From contig KZ538083.1 in the NCBI GenBank assembly GCA_000934665.2, forward strand, positions 62,001 to 126,000: a stretch of 64,000 bases of DNA, read 5' to 3'. This document shows, piece by piece, positions 37,801-51,427 of this stretch. Position 1 is the first letter of the stretch. Each line of letters begins with the position of its first letter. Origin of the DNA: Catajapyx aquilonaris. Taxonomy: Eukaryota. The notes under the pieces are model-generated. The model made no database searches. It was not told the DNA's origin and worked only from the letters and a program-made list of their open reading frames with translations. Position numbers and translations under genes: made by a program.

Positions 37801-38888
37801 AAAAAGAAGACGGCAGAAGAAATTTACAAATTTTTTTGGTCCTGCCTAATTCACAGGTTAGTTCATTTTGCATATTTGTGGAAAGTTTCATTAATAAAAG
37901 CATATGGAAAGCAGAGACCTTTCTGTATTCGTTGCAAGTATCGATTTGGCTATAACAGACCTCGGTTATAAGAGACTTTTCCGCAGTCCCTTGAAGTCTG
38001 TTATATCCGGATACAACTGTATTATTAATTTGGACGATGTATTATGTGTAAGGGAAATCTTCCCTAATGTACCCGTCTGGGTGAGTGGGAATAAACAATT
38101 AATTTAAAAATTTAAAGAACTATTATTAATGTCTAATCTAGTAATAATTGTTATAGCTAATTGTTGTATAAAAATTGTGAGACTTGTTAAAGATAGAGAG
38201 GCTCTCTAGTTAAGGATCATGGATGATTCATGTGGTTCCTCAGAGGCATTGTTAAAGGTTCAACAACAACAACAACGGTTTCATGATATTTTGGCAATAA
38301 GAGGTAGCTATAAACCCTCGATATCCATGGGTCCATTATTCTAATCAACTACTCCATTACTGCCCTATAGAACTCCCTATAGATTTCTCCGTAAATCCTT
38401 TAGAAATTTAGAATATTCCATCATGAACTACACAATTCCTAAAATTCTCCGTAAATCTTTAATGGCTCATTCACAAAGAGTAAATCCACATAAGCTCGCC
38501 CAATCAAGCAGTTGTTCAGTGGTCATAAAAATGTTTGCGAAACCTCTGTCTCAACAGTTGTTCGCATTCAATTAGCCGTCTTCCTCGGCAGTAGGAGCCA
38601 ACGGACCCTAAGAAAGCGACAGGAATCCTGAGACAATGTGAGCCGGAACAATGGCATCTGAATAGCTATTTGTCCGCCCCTACAGCTAACAGTGTGACGT
38701 CTCCAGACAATGCAATATCTATCCCAAAAGTGTCCGTATATGTTTTCTCGGTACGGCGCATAGCACGCTACAACCTGGCCCATTTCCCATGTGTGGTTCC
38801 CACGGGGGTCTCTCCCAAGCAACACCTTGCTCTTACCTATTGCATCTTTCATCATCGCCAGGAGCATAATAGTGATTGTGAGCCTCAT
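22856..38888 (-). CDS. Adhesion GPCR, ~1442 aa: SP-2x cadherin-FN3-5x EGF-HormR-GAIN/GPS-7TM; exons 38888-38837, 32366-32171, 31220-31080, 31010-30746, 30623-30287, 30184-29747, 29677-29540, 27247-27000, 26095-25604, 25255-24218, 24145-23888, 23729-23390, 23241-22856
   Basis: All 12 introns are GT-AG with compatible phases (4329 nt, no internal stop). Motifs: cadherin (EGAPSG, DTDG, FSID.HTG.V, N.YPPVF, A.DAD, AEDGGSP), FN3 (GLAPWTEYEFSVYAWN), five 6-Cys EGFs, HormR (C..WPKT..G...CP / R.C..W..C), GPS (CVYW..W..C..HL|TAF), secretin-class 7TM. Confidence 0.9.
28102..28573. mobile_element. hAT-type MITE in an aGPCR intron
   Basis: 8-bp TSD GTGATTCC (28094-28101, 28574-28581), imperfect TIR CAGCGCTGGATTTA / TAAATCTGGCACTG, and subterminal AGGCA/TGCCTA repeats. 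Confidence 0.8.
34884..34989. repeat. Perfect 50-bp-arm palindrome with 6-nt spacer
   Basis: 34884-34933 is the exact reverse complement of 34940-34989. Confidence 0.92.
37598..38019. mobile_element. Tc1/mariner (pogo/Tigger-like) MITE
   Basis: TA-CAGTTGAATCCGGATATAACAG ... CTGTTATATCCGGATACAACTG-TA, with repeated TATAAC subterminal motifs. Confidence 0.85.
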
Positions 38889-40479
38889 CTTCTTCTTCTT
38901 CTTCTTCTTCTAAAACTTTCACAGCTGGGCCACTCACATCCCGTTTCCTTCGGGTGAAACCCCCGCTGCCGGCAATAATAAAGCACTGCACTGGGTTACT
39001 AATCGACACATCGCGCACCACACCACCATTGGCGCCTTCTGGTTCCTGGTGGCGCCGGAGATCAACTGAGACCCCGCGTTCAAACGGGGGAAGGTTTTGA
39101 ATACAGTGGCAGGCAGCCAATAGAAGGGCTTCCCAGGCACCTCCCCCGCTTTTTATTGCCCAATAAGAAAAAAGGCGCGGGATGTATCCGTACCTTGGAG
39201 ATAACAGCTGACGAGGGCATGTCAAGTGGTGACCCCGCAGTTTTTGTGTTGGACTCGACTAAAATATGGCACCATATGCATATAAGTTAAAATGTGACAC
39301 CAAAAGAGAACCCCTGGGAACTGCTGAATCGATGACAAGTGTGAGCTGATAGCAGGCAGCCTGGTGTTACTATTCACACTAGAGGTGTTACTGCCCGAAC
39401 TTGACTCAATTTTACATGTAAAAATAAGATGCAGTTCGGATAACCAAAATGTGTCTGATTTCATGCAAATGTAAATAATTGTAGCATGAAAACAATAATA
39501 AATATGATGATAAGTTCAATGCCAATAAGGCCCACATGGTTAACAGTAGAGTACACGAGATATTATTTACATTTTGTACCCAGCACACATTGTGCTTTGT
39601 TAGCTTGATAACTTGAATGTGGTCGATAGTGCCTAATCCTATCAACGCGTAATTTAAAACCTTTTTGATGCAGTAAAATTGCGTCGTGCATGCAACACAC
39701 TTTCTAGGAGAAACGAACCTGAAAACTAATCCAAACATAAAAGAGAATGTAAAAAAATGAAACTGCTGAATGTTCCAATTATATAACTAGTGAAAATAGG
39801 GATCTGGCTCGATCATGCGCCATATGTCCCACCTGAATAAATGAACACGCTCGCTTTTACCAATTAGCTGGACGACAACTGACCCGCTTCTACTAATCTA
39901 AAACGCAACATTTGAACGAGGACGAGCACAAAACATACAGATCAAAGCACAAAAAAGTGGGCGAGCTAAACATGGTTTCATCTGGTTCTGAGAGCACGAC
40001 TAAGAAGTGTTGCAGTGGGACACACTTCTTTTTTTTCTCTCTCTCTCTCCTCCTGCCCCTAAATGTGGGAGGGCCAGATTATCTGAGTCACGATCAAAAC
40101 ATTCATAGTTCAAAACCATTCCCCCTTGAAAACCAGTTTTTGTTCGGGCCGGAAAAAAATAAAATAAAAAGAGAATTCGTACACCTACTTCCACTTTATC
40201 GAAATCCTGTGAAAGTTACCAAATATCATAATCAACCCCCATCCCGCACCCCCTGGGGAGCAAGTGTCATTTCCTGCATGGAAATTGTCATGTCGTGCAG
40301 TGCTGTGGCTTTCCTTGTGCGCCGAATTGCATTCCGTCGAGTACCATCCGTTGGAAATTCGCAATTCGCAATTTTTCGATTTAAAATCGCCACAGGAAAC
40401 GTTTTTCCTGAATAGTATGCGTAGTATGAATAATATGCGATTTTTAAATTTCTCTATTGGTCATGAAAAGTCTTCAATG

Positions 40480-40738
40480 CAATTTTTTTTGCAACCAGTT
40501 ACACACCATGTCATTATAATTGTTCATTTTAGGAATAATTTTAAACATTATTTTTTTGTGCAATTTTTGCAACCAGTTGTACACTGTAGTATATGTAATC
40601 ATAATTATCATTTTTCATTTTAGTAATAATTTTAAAAATTGAGTATATATTTTTTACAATTTTTGCAACCAGTTGTACACTGTAGTATATGTAATAATAA
40701 TTATCATTTTTCATTTTAGGAATAATTTTTAAAATTAT
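40480..40738. repeat. AT-rich tandem repeat, 3 copies of ~80-96 bp
   Basis: Unit caatttttgcaaccagttgtacactgtagtatatgtaat...cattttag.aataatttt at ~40480, 40561 and 40657. A short inverted pair (atgcgattttta / taaaaatcgcac at ~40435/40797) flanks it. Confidence 0.8.
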
Positions 40739-42873
40739 CTATGGTGAGCAATGTTGCATAATCATTTATTAATTATAGTTAACAGTATGCAACTCTAAAA
40801 ATCGCACATTGATATTTTTAAATATTTTACCACGTCTCCTAACAAGCAAATAATAAAGTAGTCTCCTGGACTCATCCATCAGCACTCTAGCAAGAGTGAA
40901 TTTTTTCGTATTTTATTTTAAAATTTTTAACCTCCACCTTCATCGAGTGCTGACGGTGTATCAACAGCATGTTTGTCAGAAACATTTTTAGTCCATCGAG
41001 AATATCAGGTCCAATTCTAACAAATTAGTATGACACCACAAGAACCTGGACTGCTCTACTCTACATTGCGAAAAAAATTACTCCTCGACGCAACTTCCCT
41101 CGGAGGAAATTGGCCCAACCCGCTTTGAAGTAGTCTTGGACACTTTCTTCTTCCCCCAATCCCATAAGTGGATCCACTTGAGGAGGATGACTGAATATGC
41201 AAACTTGTGTTGGGCACACCCGCCCACGCTCTCTTCTGCCCCAGGATCAACATCCTTTTAGTCCAGGTCTGTCACAAAGGCGAGCCTCAATCCAGACCAT
41301 CTAAGGGGCTGTCCACGACCTAGCTGTTTAACCCAGTAACCTTCGGGTGAAGCTACACCTTGAGCAACCGGAACATTCAGCTTGTTTGTCCCTTTTTTTT
41401 TTCTTGCGCCCAGATTGGTGGTCATTATTGTTTTCAGGTTCGTGTAGAAGAAAAACAAGAAAACAAATTGAGGCTCGCGCATAGCCGCGAAACATTAGCC
41501 AAATTCTGCGAATTCCTCGAAGAGTGCTGGGCGAAATGCAAAATATGACCTGATATGACTAACATTAAAAATACGTCGCATTGTAGCATGTTTTCCTTCC
41601 ACTACAAGCTTTGTAAATCAAAATAATAATAAAATTCTAAATTCAAATCACATTTTTATTTCATCCTCCAAAAAAAAAAAATTAAAAATAAGGGTGGAAT
41701 TTTCGTCCCACTGCTATAGTTACGGCGAACTTAGCAGTGGGACTAGTGGCGAGACTAATCAAGTATTTAATAAAGTGACCCTGAAGGTCGGCGGAAATGT
41801 TCAAAAATCCGTGCACATTAATCAGTGTTCCGAAACGGATTAATTCACACACAATACACTTCAGGGCATGTGTGACCTTCCCCATTTCTCCGGAAGTATT
41901 TCATCCGCCAAAAAAAATTGGGTAATGTTCCGGCCGTACCGAAAAAACCGGAATGTCTAATCAAGATGTGAAATAACCGCTCATCCTGGATCACTTTCCT
42001 GTCGTTACTTGAAATGAAGGGAAGAAGTCTTAATAAGAGAAGCCGGCTTTGAAAAAAACAAAACGAGTTTTCGCGTGCGCTGAAAAACGAAACCGTTTCT
42101 TTTAAGCCAATTAGCAACCTTGTCTTATTTTGCTGGGGTTAGAAAAATTCAGAAAGAGCAATTTTAGCTGATTATGCCACTACCGCATGTTTACCAGTAT
42201 TTTTTAAATCAACAGTGCGAATTTTTAATGGTATGTAGATTAGGGTTGGGAGGCACCTGCATATATGGCCGGAGATGGGCTTTTCAAATTGCATCTGCAA
42301 CCCAAATGGGCGCATATGGCTGGCAACAGGCATCAAACAAATATTTGCCAGAATCTACCCCAAATAGCATGAGTGAAACCAGAGGCTTGTTTTTTCCCCC
42401 CTTGTTGCGCGTTTCAGGTTCCAGTCTATATAATTGCCCCATAATTAGTCTTCCAGACAAGATAGGAGCAGGGCTTTTAAGAATGGCATCTGTTTTTCTC
42501 ATAGCTTCGCAGGCTGGAGCTGGCCATGCTTATGTGATGCGCAGTAATGTGGAAGCATAAAATTTATTATGAACTACACTAACGGGGTGTTGCCAAAAGC
42601 ATGTTATGACAGCGACGAAATGCATTTTCAACGAATGCATGACAATTTGCATCGTAACTGTATGTACAGCAATGAACAAAATGGTACAGTACATAATGAC
42701 ATACATCTTTTCTTTGTGTACAGTACAGCAGTTGCCAGCGTGCTTCTAATCATTGTGATTACCATTGGGGAGACAACAGATTCCACTGTCCATTTTAGCT
42801 TCTTACCCTACAAGCAAATTGACATATTCCAGTAGAAGTCCAGTAAAGGATTCGAATTTTTCATCCTTCTCAG

Positions 42874-42976
42874 GGCCGGTTTCACCGAGCCTGGTTTTGA
42901 CAAAACTCTTTTGGAAAATCCCTGCAAATAGAATAGGGATTTTCCAAAAGAACCTGAGTTTTTATAGAAACCGGCC
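42874..42976. mobile_element. Small hairpin MITE (PIF/Harbinger-like ends)
   Basis: Terminal GGCCGGTTTC / GAAACCGGCC plus an internal perfect 17-bp stem, 42907-42923 / 42935-42951. Confidence 0.55.
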
Positions 42977-44661
42977 ATGGGGCATCAGACCACATATGTT
43001 ACGGTCCATACACTGATACAAACCGTTAGGTTCAGTCTGAAGTGCTTCTCCAGCTAATTAGCTAAAGATGACCACTGATTGAGAAAGTTGGGAACAGGAT
43101 TGCTATTAATTAAACATCGGATTCAGAAGGGCAGCTGACTTTATTTGCGTCCTGTACCTCCAATGATGTACCAAATAGTCCTTAGCTAACTATACTGCTA
43201 CAGAGTAATATGCAATGTAACCAGAGAGCTTGTCATCCAAACCAAGAGCAGTCACATGCACACCTCTTCAAGAAGTAGTTTAAAAAATTAAAAAACAGAG
43301 ACGCACGACCACCATACAGGAATGAAGGAGACAACCATCGAACAACACCCAAAGTTATTGAGACATAAGTAGGCTTTCCTTTTTGCCGCTCAATTTTGGA
43401 TAAAAATGGTCAGTGAGGTAGGCTTGCATTTTGAAACCCCACGTGAGAAGGGATTTTTGTTTCCGACAAACACACATTTACAAAACAAGTCTAATGTTGC
43501 CAAAAAGAATGCAAAATCACTGCTTTTTTTTTTTTGAGGGACCTGCCTTTTGCAAGTGGCCCCTCCTAAAACTCAAAAATACTATGCTGACGATGGAAGA
43601 TCAGTTCTAAGGACTTACACGCTTTCTAACCCACAAGCTACTGAATGCTAGGGGGGTTGTAAAAAAATTCACAACCTAAACTAAGTGACAGACACCACAA
43701 CACTCACTAGCACCACTTTATCAAAAATGGGAGGATGAAAAAAATAAAAAGCAACATGTAATCTGCATCCTGGAACCTGCTCCTGACATGCCAAAGCGAC
43801 TGGCATGAAAGAAGCAGATTCCATCGTTTCCCAGTCTTCTAAATGCGGAGGAAACGATCATGGCCCACTCATCCTTTCTCAGATGGAGAGCAAACCCCCG
43901 ACGATATCACAAGTAAAAAGGATGTATTGCACAGGCACTAATGCTACGAGTCCATCTATTTAAATGCTAAAAAAAAGCCGCATGGAAAACATGTCCTGAC
44001 CTTGCGCTCCATCTGAGAAACCTCATGTGAATCACAACCACATCAAATGTACACCTTTATGTACAGTATAAAATTGTTTCCACATATATAAGTACATATG
44101 GCCCAGATTGTTAATAAATTAGCAATATAAATACTAAGTCCTACCAGTTAAGAGCTATAAATACTACAAAAGTGGAAAATAAGTGGGTGCAACATTGTGA
44201 GCTGCCCTTGACATTCATCTGAACTGTTGCTTTGAAGATCATCAATTGCCCTCTGTTACACTATTAATTTTGACACCTACTCGTTAAATTAATATGCATT
44301 GTCAGTTTCACTTACAAGTTAACTCCAAACTAATACTGACACTTTATACTTTTTATGAGATTCACTATAAATCTAGGTTCTTAAAAAATTGTGATTCAGC
44401 TGCTTTGGGAAGATTCTACATTGCTGAAAAGCAAGAAAAAACTATCAGTGATGTAATGCAACCTAATTTTTGAAAATTTACCGAATACATTTAGGATTAG
44501 GTATCAATCTTTTGCAAATTATGGACAGGTACGATTCCAATGCTAATTGTCATTTTTCATGTTAAAATGCTTGCCATGAATTTGACCAGCAATTTCGAAT
44601 CAATTATAAATACTCAAATGAAATCCGCATTTACCAAGTTGTTGAAAGGAGTGTTTTCATT

Positions 44662-47600
44662 TTAGTCAGCTGCCACTTTCTTAGCAAAGGCTGTGAGTGC
44701 CGATATCTCGCATGGTTCAGTAGGCAGTCGGCTGAACTCAATCTCCTCGTTGGTAGAGCTGTGAGGGTCTAAAGAAAGCAGAGCAGACGAGCACATGACA
44801 AGACACATGTAGACATAACAATATAATGAAGCAAGTTAAAGTTTCACGAACTTGAGAAGGTTGGCACTAGCTTTGACGCCACAAAACAGTGATGGAAAAA
44901 TTTCCTACTAGAACTACTTTTCCGTCTCTCTCCTTCTTATGTACGTATATTAATTTCATTACTTGGGGTTACTTATTGCATAACCTATTATGAAGGTACA
45001 GGGCTTGCCAACCACATGCCAGCTCATAAAGAAAAGCCCCATAACTCCCACTATATTATGAGCAAATGCCTAACATAGCAATATCAAAAATATTACTTGG
45101 GGTTGGTTGTAGAACAACATATGAACCAACTCTTGAAAATACCAGGATTTTGAAGTCCCATTTTTTGATAGCTCCTCTTTTCCCTCTGTTTAATATGCAT
45201 CCACACAACCAACCCTAGGTGGTTTGTCAAATTAATAATCACCTGATTCAATGGGCCAGCGCTTGTGCGAGGGTGCATACAGTACGATGAGAGCAAAAAT
45301 GTAAATGTTCCACATTCCATACACCCCTGTGAAGAAAGCTGAGGTGTAGTCCAGGTGGATGTCATCATCCCACTTCCACCTGCCCTCTGACACCTGCCAA
45401 AAAATAAAATGAAACAAAATAAGTGAAACAGTTGCTCTTCTGTTCCCACGAATAAGGTGACAACTGTTACATTTAAAAATCTCACCTGTCCCAAGATGAA
45501 CCCAATAACAGTCATGGCTGCACAAAGTAGGGTGGCCAGCATGAGGAATTTGAAACGATAGATGATACCCTCATAGTGGACCCTACGAGCACTGGCCATT
45601 GTTGGCAGGGCAGCACGTTTGGCACTTATGTTGCGGAACACCTCCCAGATCATGTAGGAAAGGAAGAAGAAGTACATGCCCGATGAAACACCAGCCACTA
45701 TTATGAAGGTCAGCTGTTGAGGCAGCAAGTCAAGGAAATATTAATCCCATCTATGTTGCCAATCCATATAATGTTTGGCATTGAGCACTAGAAATCACAG
45801 AGTGGCATGGAAAAGGATACAGCCAGATTAGTCCCAATCTTGGTGGCCCAGATGGAGTAGAAGGGGTTGCGCAGCTGGACGCCTCTCTCGCAGAGATCAA
45901 ATACAAATAGGGACAGGCACCCTACCAAAACAACACTCAGATGTCGCCAGTAGGCCTTCAGGTGGTTGCGCTCCAGTGTGTCCTTCATATAAAAGAAATA
46001 GGAAATTAATTGTTGCCAATGAATCCCACAATATAATTCAGCCAACTCATTTATCTCTTACCTTGATCTAAAATGCAGCATGATAGAGAATAAAATAATA
46101 TTTTAGCTTAAAATTAAACCTGTTTAGCACCTCTTAACTACAGGTACTTGGTACCCCAAATAAGAATTTGAGCACCTTACAATATTGAATTCCTGGTGAA
46201 CTAAATATTATTCTGAATGAACCGCATGCACTACAGAACTACGTCACGAACCCTTACCATGAGATGTTCACCAGCAAAGACGAGCCAGAAAGAGAGCAGA
46301 GTTGCATAGAATATGCCCTGCCTCATGTCATTAACGAGTAGTGTAAATGGCATGTCATAAGCCAGAGTCAGATACTCCAGTGGGAGGTTCAGCAGTGTCA
46401 GGGCAGATCCCAGAGCCATCAGCATGTACTCCAGTAGAGCAGGAGGGCGGGATAAACCCTTAATACGGTGCCAGAACCACACCATTATGGCCACTATGCA
46501 TGGGAAGAAGACGGTCTTCATTGACAGCCATACCTTCGTGAAGCCACCATTTTGGTATATTGTCTGCAATAGAAAATAAGCATATTGCGGGTCAAATGTA
46601 ACTCTGCATATGCAACACATCGCAAAAGTCCTTTTCGAGTGACAAACAGAAAAGAGATCTTAGGACGCATATTAATGCACCCATGCATACTGACCACTAG
46701 GTGAACATCAGCCAGCTTCCCCAAATCAACGTTGACCTTGTCTGCTGGAAATCGCAGGTTCAGCAGGTAGAAGTCATGGTGGAGTGATCCAAGTTCAAAT
46801 AGAGGAAGAACCAAGCAATCATAATAGTAGCCATCAATTTTCTGCAATTCGTAAAATGTTGTGCATTAAAAACTTGCCTATCACGGCTATCACTTAACAC
46901 CCCTAGTTACCAGTTTCAGTGGTACTGGTAAGTTAGCAGTAACTAGCAGTGGGGGTAAAATTCAACCCACTGACTCTTAATATTTCAATTCCATTTATTA
47001 AGGAGAAGAAATTTTAGTGAAGCAAGTATCCTTTGGCATTTGTTTCCAACAATATTAGCTTCTGAAGACTGTCTCTGCTAAGGCAGAATAAAACAACTAC
47101 TCACATCGTGTATCTCACACTCCAGGTTTCTCTCTTCCTTCGAGGAAGCATACGGCTTCCAATCTGAGTCGGAGTCACCAATGTTCCGGTACCCCATCCG
47201 TGCATCCATTGTTACTACTGTTTTCTTAACTGCATTCTCCCCGTCTGCATACTTGATGTCTAACTGCAGGACTCCAATGAGATTCTGCTGCCAGCGGGAG
47301 TAGTCCAGAATGAGCCGGTCTCGAGGAAGGGGCAACTGCAAATGAGCATTTCCTTTAGTATACAAGTTCCTTTATACTATGACCCAGGCAAGTGTTTAAC
47401 CACCAAAAAACACTGGTTACCTGAAATGTGAAGACAATGTTATCTGCGTTCAGGCCCTTTTCCACGATGTCATGGAAGTCATGAATGCGTTCACAATTCC
47501 CAATTCCTCTAGAGTACATAAACTTGGTTTTTGTTCGGTTTGCTTCTCTATCAATGCATTTTGTGGCCGTCACTGGCTGGGCACTCGATGGTGCTGGTGC

Positions 47601-48438
47601 TGAAAGGAAATTGACAGGAATCATATGAATATACAACATTGTTGCACGTAACACATATCTAGTGGCAGCTTGCTACCAATTGGCAAACTATTTCTTTAGC
47701 AGTTCATTAGTGTACTATAAGAGCATATGAAAGAGTTGATATGAAAACTAGTATTAATCTGTTAATCAGCCCTGTAGCCCACATGATAAGCAAAATTCTG
47801 ATAGCTATTTATATGAAGGGTGACATGCCATAAAGAGGCAAGTGCCATTTTGGCGGAAAATCACTTTTTTGTGTTTTCCTGTGGCAAGTGTCACCCTGCA
47901 GTTGCAATAAAAATGTGACTGTCCTTCAAGCCTGCAAATCGCAAATATGATGTCAAAAATTTTAACTTCATAAGGCAACATGTCACAACGAAAGAAGAAA
48001 CCGTCCCCTGTAAAGTTTTGTTTTTGGCACTTTTTGGATTACGGCATCATATGCTCTATTCGACGCACTTTTTCTCCAAAAAATGGCTCAAAAATCGCCC
48101 TGCATCTTATATGCAAAAATGCACCAATGACTGTCGTTCTGAATCTGATAAGCTTAAGTAGGGAAGCGTCGTGCCCGTGTGACTTATATGCCTTCAATAC
48201 GGTACTTTAGAAAAACAAACATTGGACCAATGACAGCCCGGGAGCTCCTTGTCTGCTCCCTCTGCAATATCTAAATAAATAAACTAGCAGCCAATCAAAT
48301 AGCCAGCCATATCACCCAGATAACACCCATACCAATGAGTCCTCCTAGCAGGAAGCACGCCAGCTGGCACAGAAGCAGCAGGGAGGTCAGCACGGCCAGC
48401 TTCCGCCCACTCAAGTTCTCCAAGATGGTCCCCGGCAT
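44662..48438 (-). CDS. wls: Wntless (Evi/GPR177), ~538 aa; exons 48438-48333, 47599-47421, 47335-47105, 46841-46695, 46563-46258, 45982-45821, 45713-45486, 45393-45243, 44768-44662
   Basis: [93 protein letters not shown]. Frame is continuous. Confidence 0.97.
45714..45820 (-). other. U12-type (minor spliceosome) GT-AG intron in wntless
   Basis: 5' splice site GTATCCTTTT; branch site TTCCTTGAC (45737-45729) ~16 nt before CAG; no strong polypyrimidine tract. Confidence 0.85.
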
Positions 48439-49395
48439 CTCCGCTCCAGCCTAAAACCTAAAGTGGGGAAATGCGTATTAGTCGCATTGACCAGAACAGG
48501 CTCTCACGGAACTTCCACTGCATATGTGGTTCACTGACAGGTTGACAGTTTGTTCTACTAATCTGTGACATGTCCAGTTGTATATGCACTAGGCCATGCA
48601 TCCTCACCATACCTTCCAGAGCAGTTCCAGAAGAAGAAGAAGAAGAAGCCTTCACCCCCAGCGTCCTCCTCGCCCCTCTTCCTTCCCCCTCCCCTCCTCC
48701 CACAGGCAGAGAGGCAGCCTCCCCCCCTCTTCTTCCCGGTCCTAAAATTCCTCCCCTTTTCTCTCTTTTCTTCCAGGGACCGGGAGGTGCGGAAAGGTGG
48801 CGGTTCCCCCCTTCCCACCTAAAAATAGGTTCCCTTTACATTTGTAGGGAAGGTGACGGAAAAATGAGGGAAGGCTTCGAGGGGGGAATGAGGCAAACAA
48901 AAGCTGCCTGATGGGGGGGAATTGCCAGACCAAAATGCGAGTCAATAAAATTCGATTGGAACCCGGTTTGTGCCCCGATTCGGGTCATTGGGGGTCAAAT
49001 CGTTCGATTCGGTACAAATAGGACGGTTGGGAATGGACTTAATGTTAATTACCGCTAAATGACACACTTAAAGTTTATTGCGCATCGGCGACCTTGGCAT
49101 TGAACAGTTATGGGTTGTAGCTGCTTATATAGCTAATACAGCATCGGGTGATCCGAACCCGAGCTGAAGCACTGCGGCAGGTGCACTTACAGCACGTCGT
49201 CCCTGCAATTGTAATGTTGCAGTGCAGCAACACGTAGTAATTAAACAACCGGGATTGAACTACTAGTAAGTAACAACTAGTAAGCTAATAGCTATAACAG
49301 TTTAGCTTAGGTTGGAAATACGTGATTGTTGACAATTCAAGGTTGGAAATAACAACTGACCACGTTGTCTTCTTTGGACTTTTTTGGAGCTGTTG

Positions 49396-51427
49396 ATGAT
49401 GGAAGGACCAAAAGAGGCGGCGCAGGGTGTGCAGCACTGCCACTTTTTCATGGCTCGTAAGAAGAGGAACTGCAGGATGAAGGTCAGGTCAGGGCTCAAG
49501 TACTGCCCGGAGCATGAGATCATCCTGCAGCAGCAAAGGGGCAGCGCAGGTGGAACAGATGATCAGCCAGAAGGGACCAGGAAGAGGATCACATGCCCTT
49601 ATGATCCTAAACAGTAAGCCATACGGTGCATAGAAAAGTGTGGCATACATACAGCGCAGTCTGTCCGTCAGCACAAATGTCACAAAAGAAATGTTTACAT
49701 GTTTTTCATTGTGCCTCATTTTTATGACTGTATCATGTAATTGTCTTTTTCAGCACCTGCTATGCAGATTCTTTGCGCAAACATCTATTTCGATGCAACT
49801 CAAGGCCATTGCCACAACCTGCCTACTACTCACGGGGAATAAACTCTGGCGACGGTATCGATGAAACCAGGATTCCGCTACCTGCAATACCGGATGATGT
49901 TCTCGTTTCGTTCATCCAGAAGATCAAGACTATACACCAGAGGATTTCTGTACCATACGAGACCCGCATAATGCGCCATCCAGCCCTCGAGGTGGAGCTT
50001 GAGAATGCAGGACGTTCCGCAGCTAAGCATTTGCTGCAGACATCGTCGCTCCTGGCTCACATGGATGCTGTGGGACTAATGTCAGATGATGACCAGACAT
50101 GTTACATTGAGTTTGGTTCAGGTAGAGGTCAAGTAACTTTCTGGCTGACCCAGGCTGTGGCATCCAAGCACATTTTTGTGCTGGTAGATCGTGAGAGTCA
50201 TCGTCACAAGCACGACAACAAGCTGAAGGATAGCCCATTCGATGTGGTCAGGATAAGGATCGATATTGAAAATCTTAGGCTCGACCAAGTGGAGGCTGTT
50301 GTAAACTCAAAGCAGATTGTGGGCCTCAGCAAGCACTTATGTGGGGTAGCTTGTGACTTAGCACTACGATGCCTGGCCAGCAGTGGGGACAAGGTTGCGG
50401 GGATTGCCATGGCTCTCTGTTGCAGACATAGGTGTACCTGGAAGGATTATGTCGGGAGGCAGTTCTTGATGGTTAGTTCACATCGTGTTTTATATTGGGA
50501 CGTTTCTTAAGTACTACGCCTGACACAAGCTGAATTCTCAGTGTGAGCACTTCAGGGAATCAATCACAGTGAACTATGTCAAGATTTACAAGTCACCCCT
50601 TATGTGTTGGAGGTGGAAATTTATTTTGATTCTATTTCTGGTTCCTTAAGTTTACTGTAGCTGCTGGGTTCCCATTTGCTGTCAGTTTAACACATGCATG
50701 CTATTTCTCAGACTCACTTGCTCCTGTGAGGAACCAAATGAAAAGCAGTGAACAGATGAAGTTACTGCACGTTGTAATTTTGTTGGTCCGTCGGTTTTGA
50801 ATACTGTGGTACTCAGATGACCTTTATTTAAAACTTCAGATTTTTAGAATTTTTGAGAACTGTAGGCCTAATTTTAGTTAGGCAGCAATTGCTATTTAAG
50901 TGATTGACTACTTTTGAAGTAATTTGTTGGCTCTGGAGTTTACCATTAGATCTTGTTGTTTTTTTCTATCGAAATATCTTTCTTTCTTCAACCAAAATGA
51001 GCAGACTTTTAATTGCTGCCTTTCATTTTGCAGGAGCAAGGATTGTCAGCAAAAGAATTTAATCTTCTCTGCTCCCTGGTGAGCTGGGCAACATGTGGAA
51101 GCGGATTCAGCCGTACTAAGGAAGGTGTTCCGAACGTACTGCAGGACATGTCAGCCAGGTAAAGTGTACACTGTCAGGATAACACGTATTGCAATTATTA
51201 TTATTATTATTCTGTACTGACTTATTAGATATGAGAAACTGGACCTAAGCAGACAGCACCGGGAGGAGATTGGAATGCAGTGCATGGCAATTTTAGACTA
51301 TGGTCGAGCCCACTATTTGCAGCAGCACGGATTTACAACTCAACTAGCTGAATACACCACAAAGGAAGTATCATTAGAAAATATCATTTTAATAGCCACC
51401 AAAAATATCAGTAATCATGTGGAATAA
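49396..51427 (+). CDS. TRMT13: tRNA:m(4)X modification enzyme TRM13, ~419 aa; exons 49396-49613, 49754-50471, 51034-51158, 51229-51427
   Basis: CCCH finger (CHFFMARKKRNC..YCPEH), CHHC finger (CPYDPKH..HLFRC), IEFGSGRG, RIDIENL, KHLCG.A.D, CC.H.C.W..Y.G, SWAT, LDYGR, SLEN. Confidence 0.95.

Noticed and set aside
38833..39225. 130-aa ORF with RRKRD and poly-Glu resembling a prohormone
   Set aside because: It overlaps the aGPCR start exon in another frame, the poly-Glu is a (GAA)n tract in the 5' UTR, and there is no convincing signal peptide.
40480..40738. CRISPR-like array
   Set aside because: Eukaryotic context; the units are contiguous tandem copies without unique spacers.
41085..41370. 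GC-rich ~280-nt block ending in a T run on the minus strand (Pol III ncRNA?)
   Set aside because: I could not recognise RNase P/MRP, 7SK, SRP or telomerase-template motifs. An Rfam scan would be needed.
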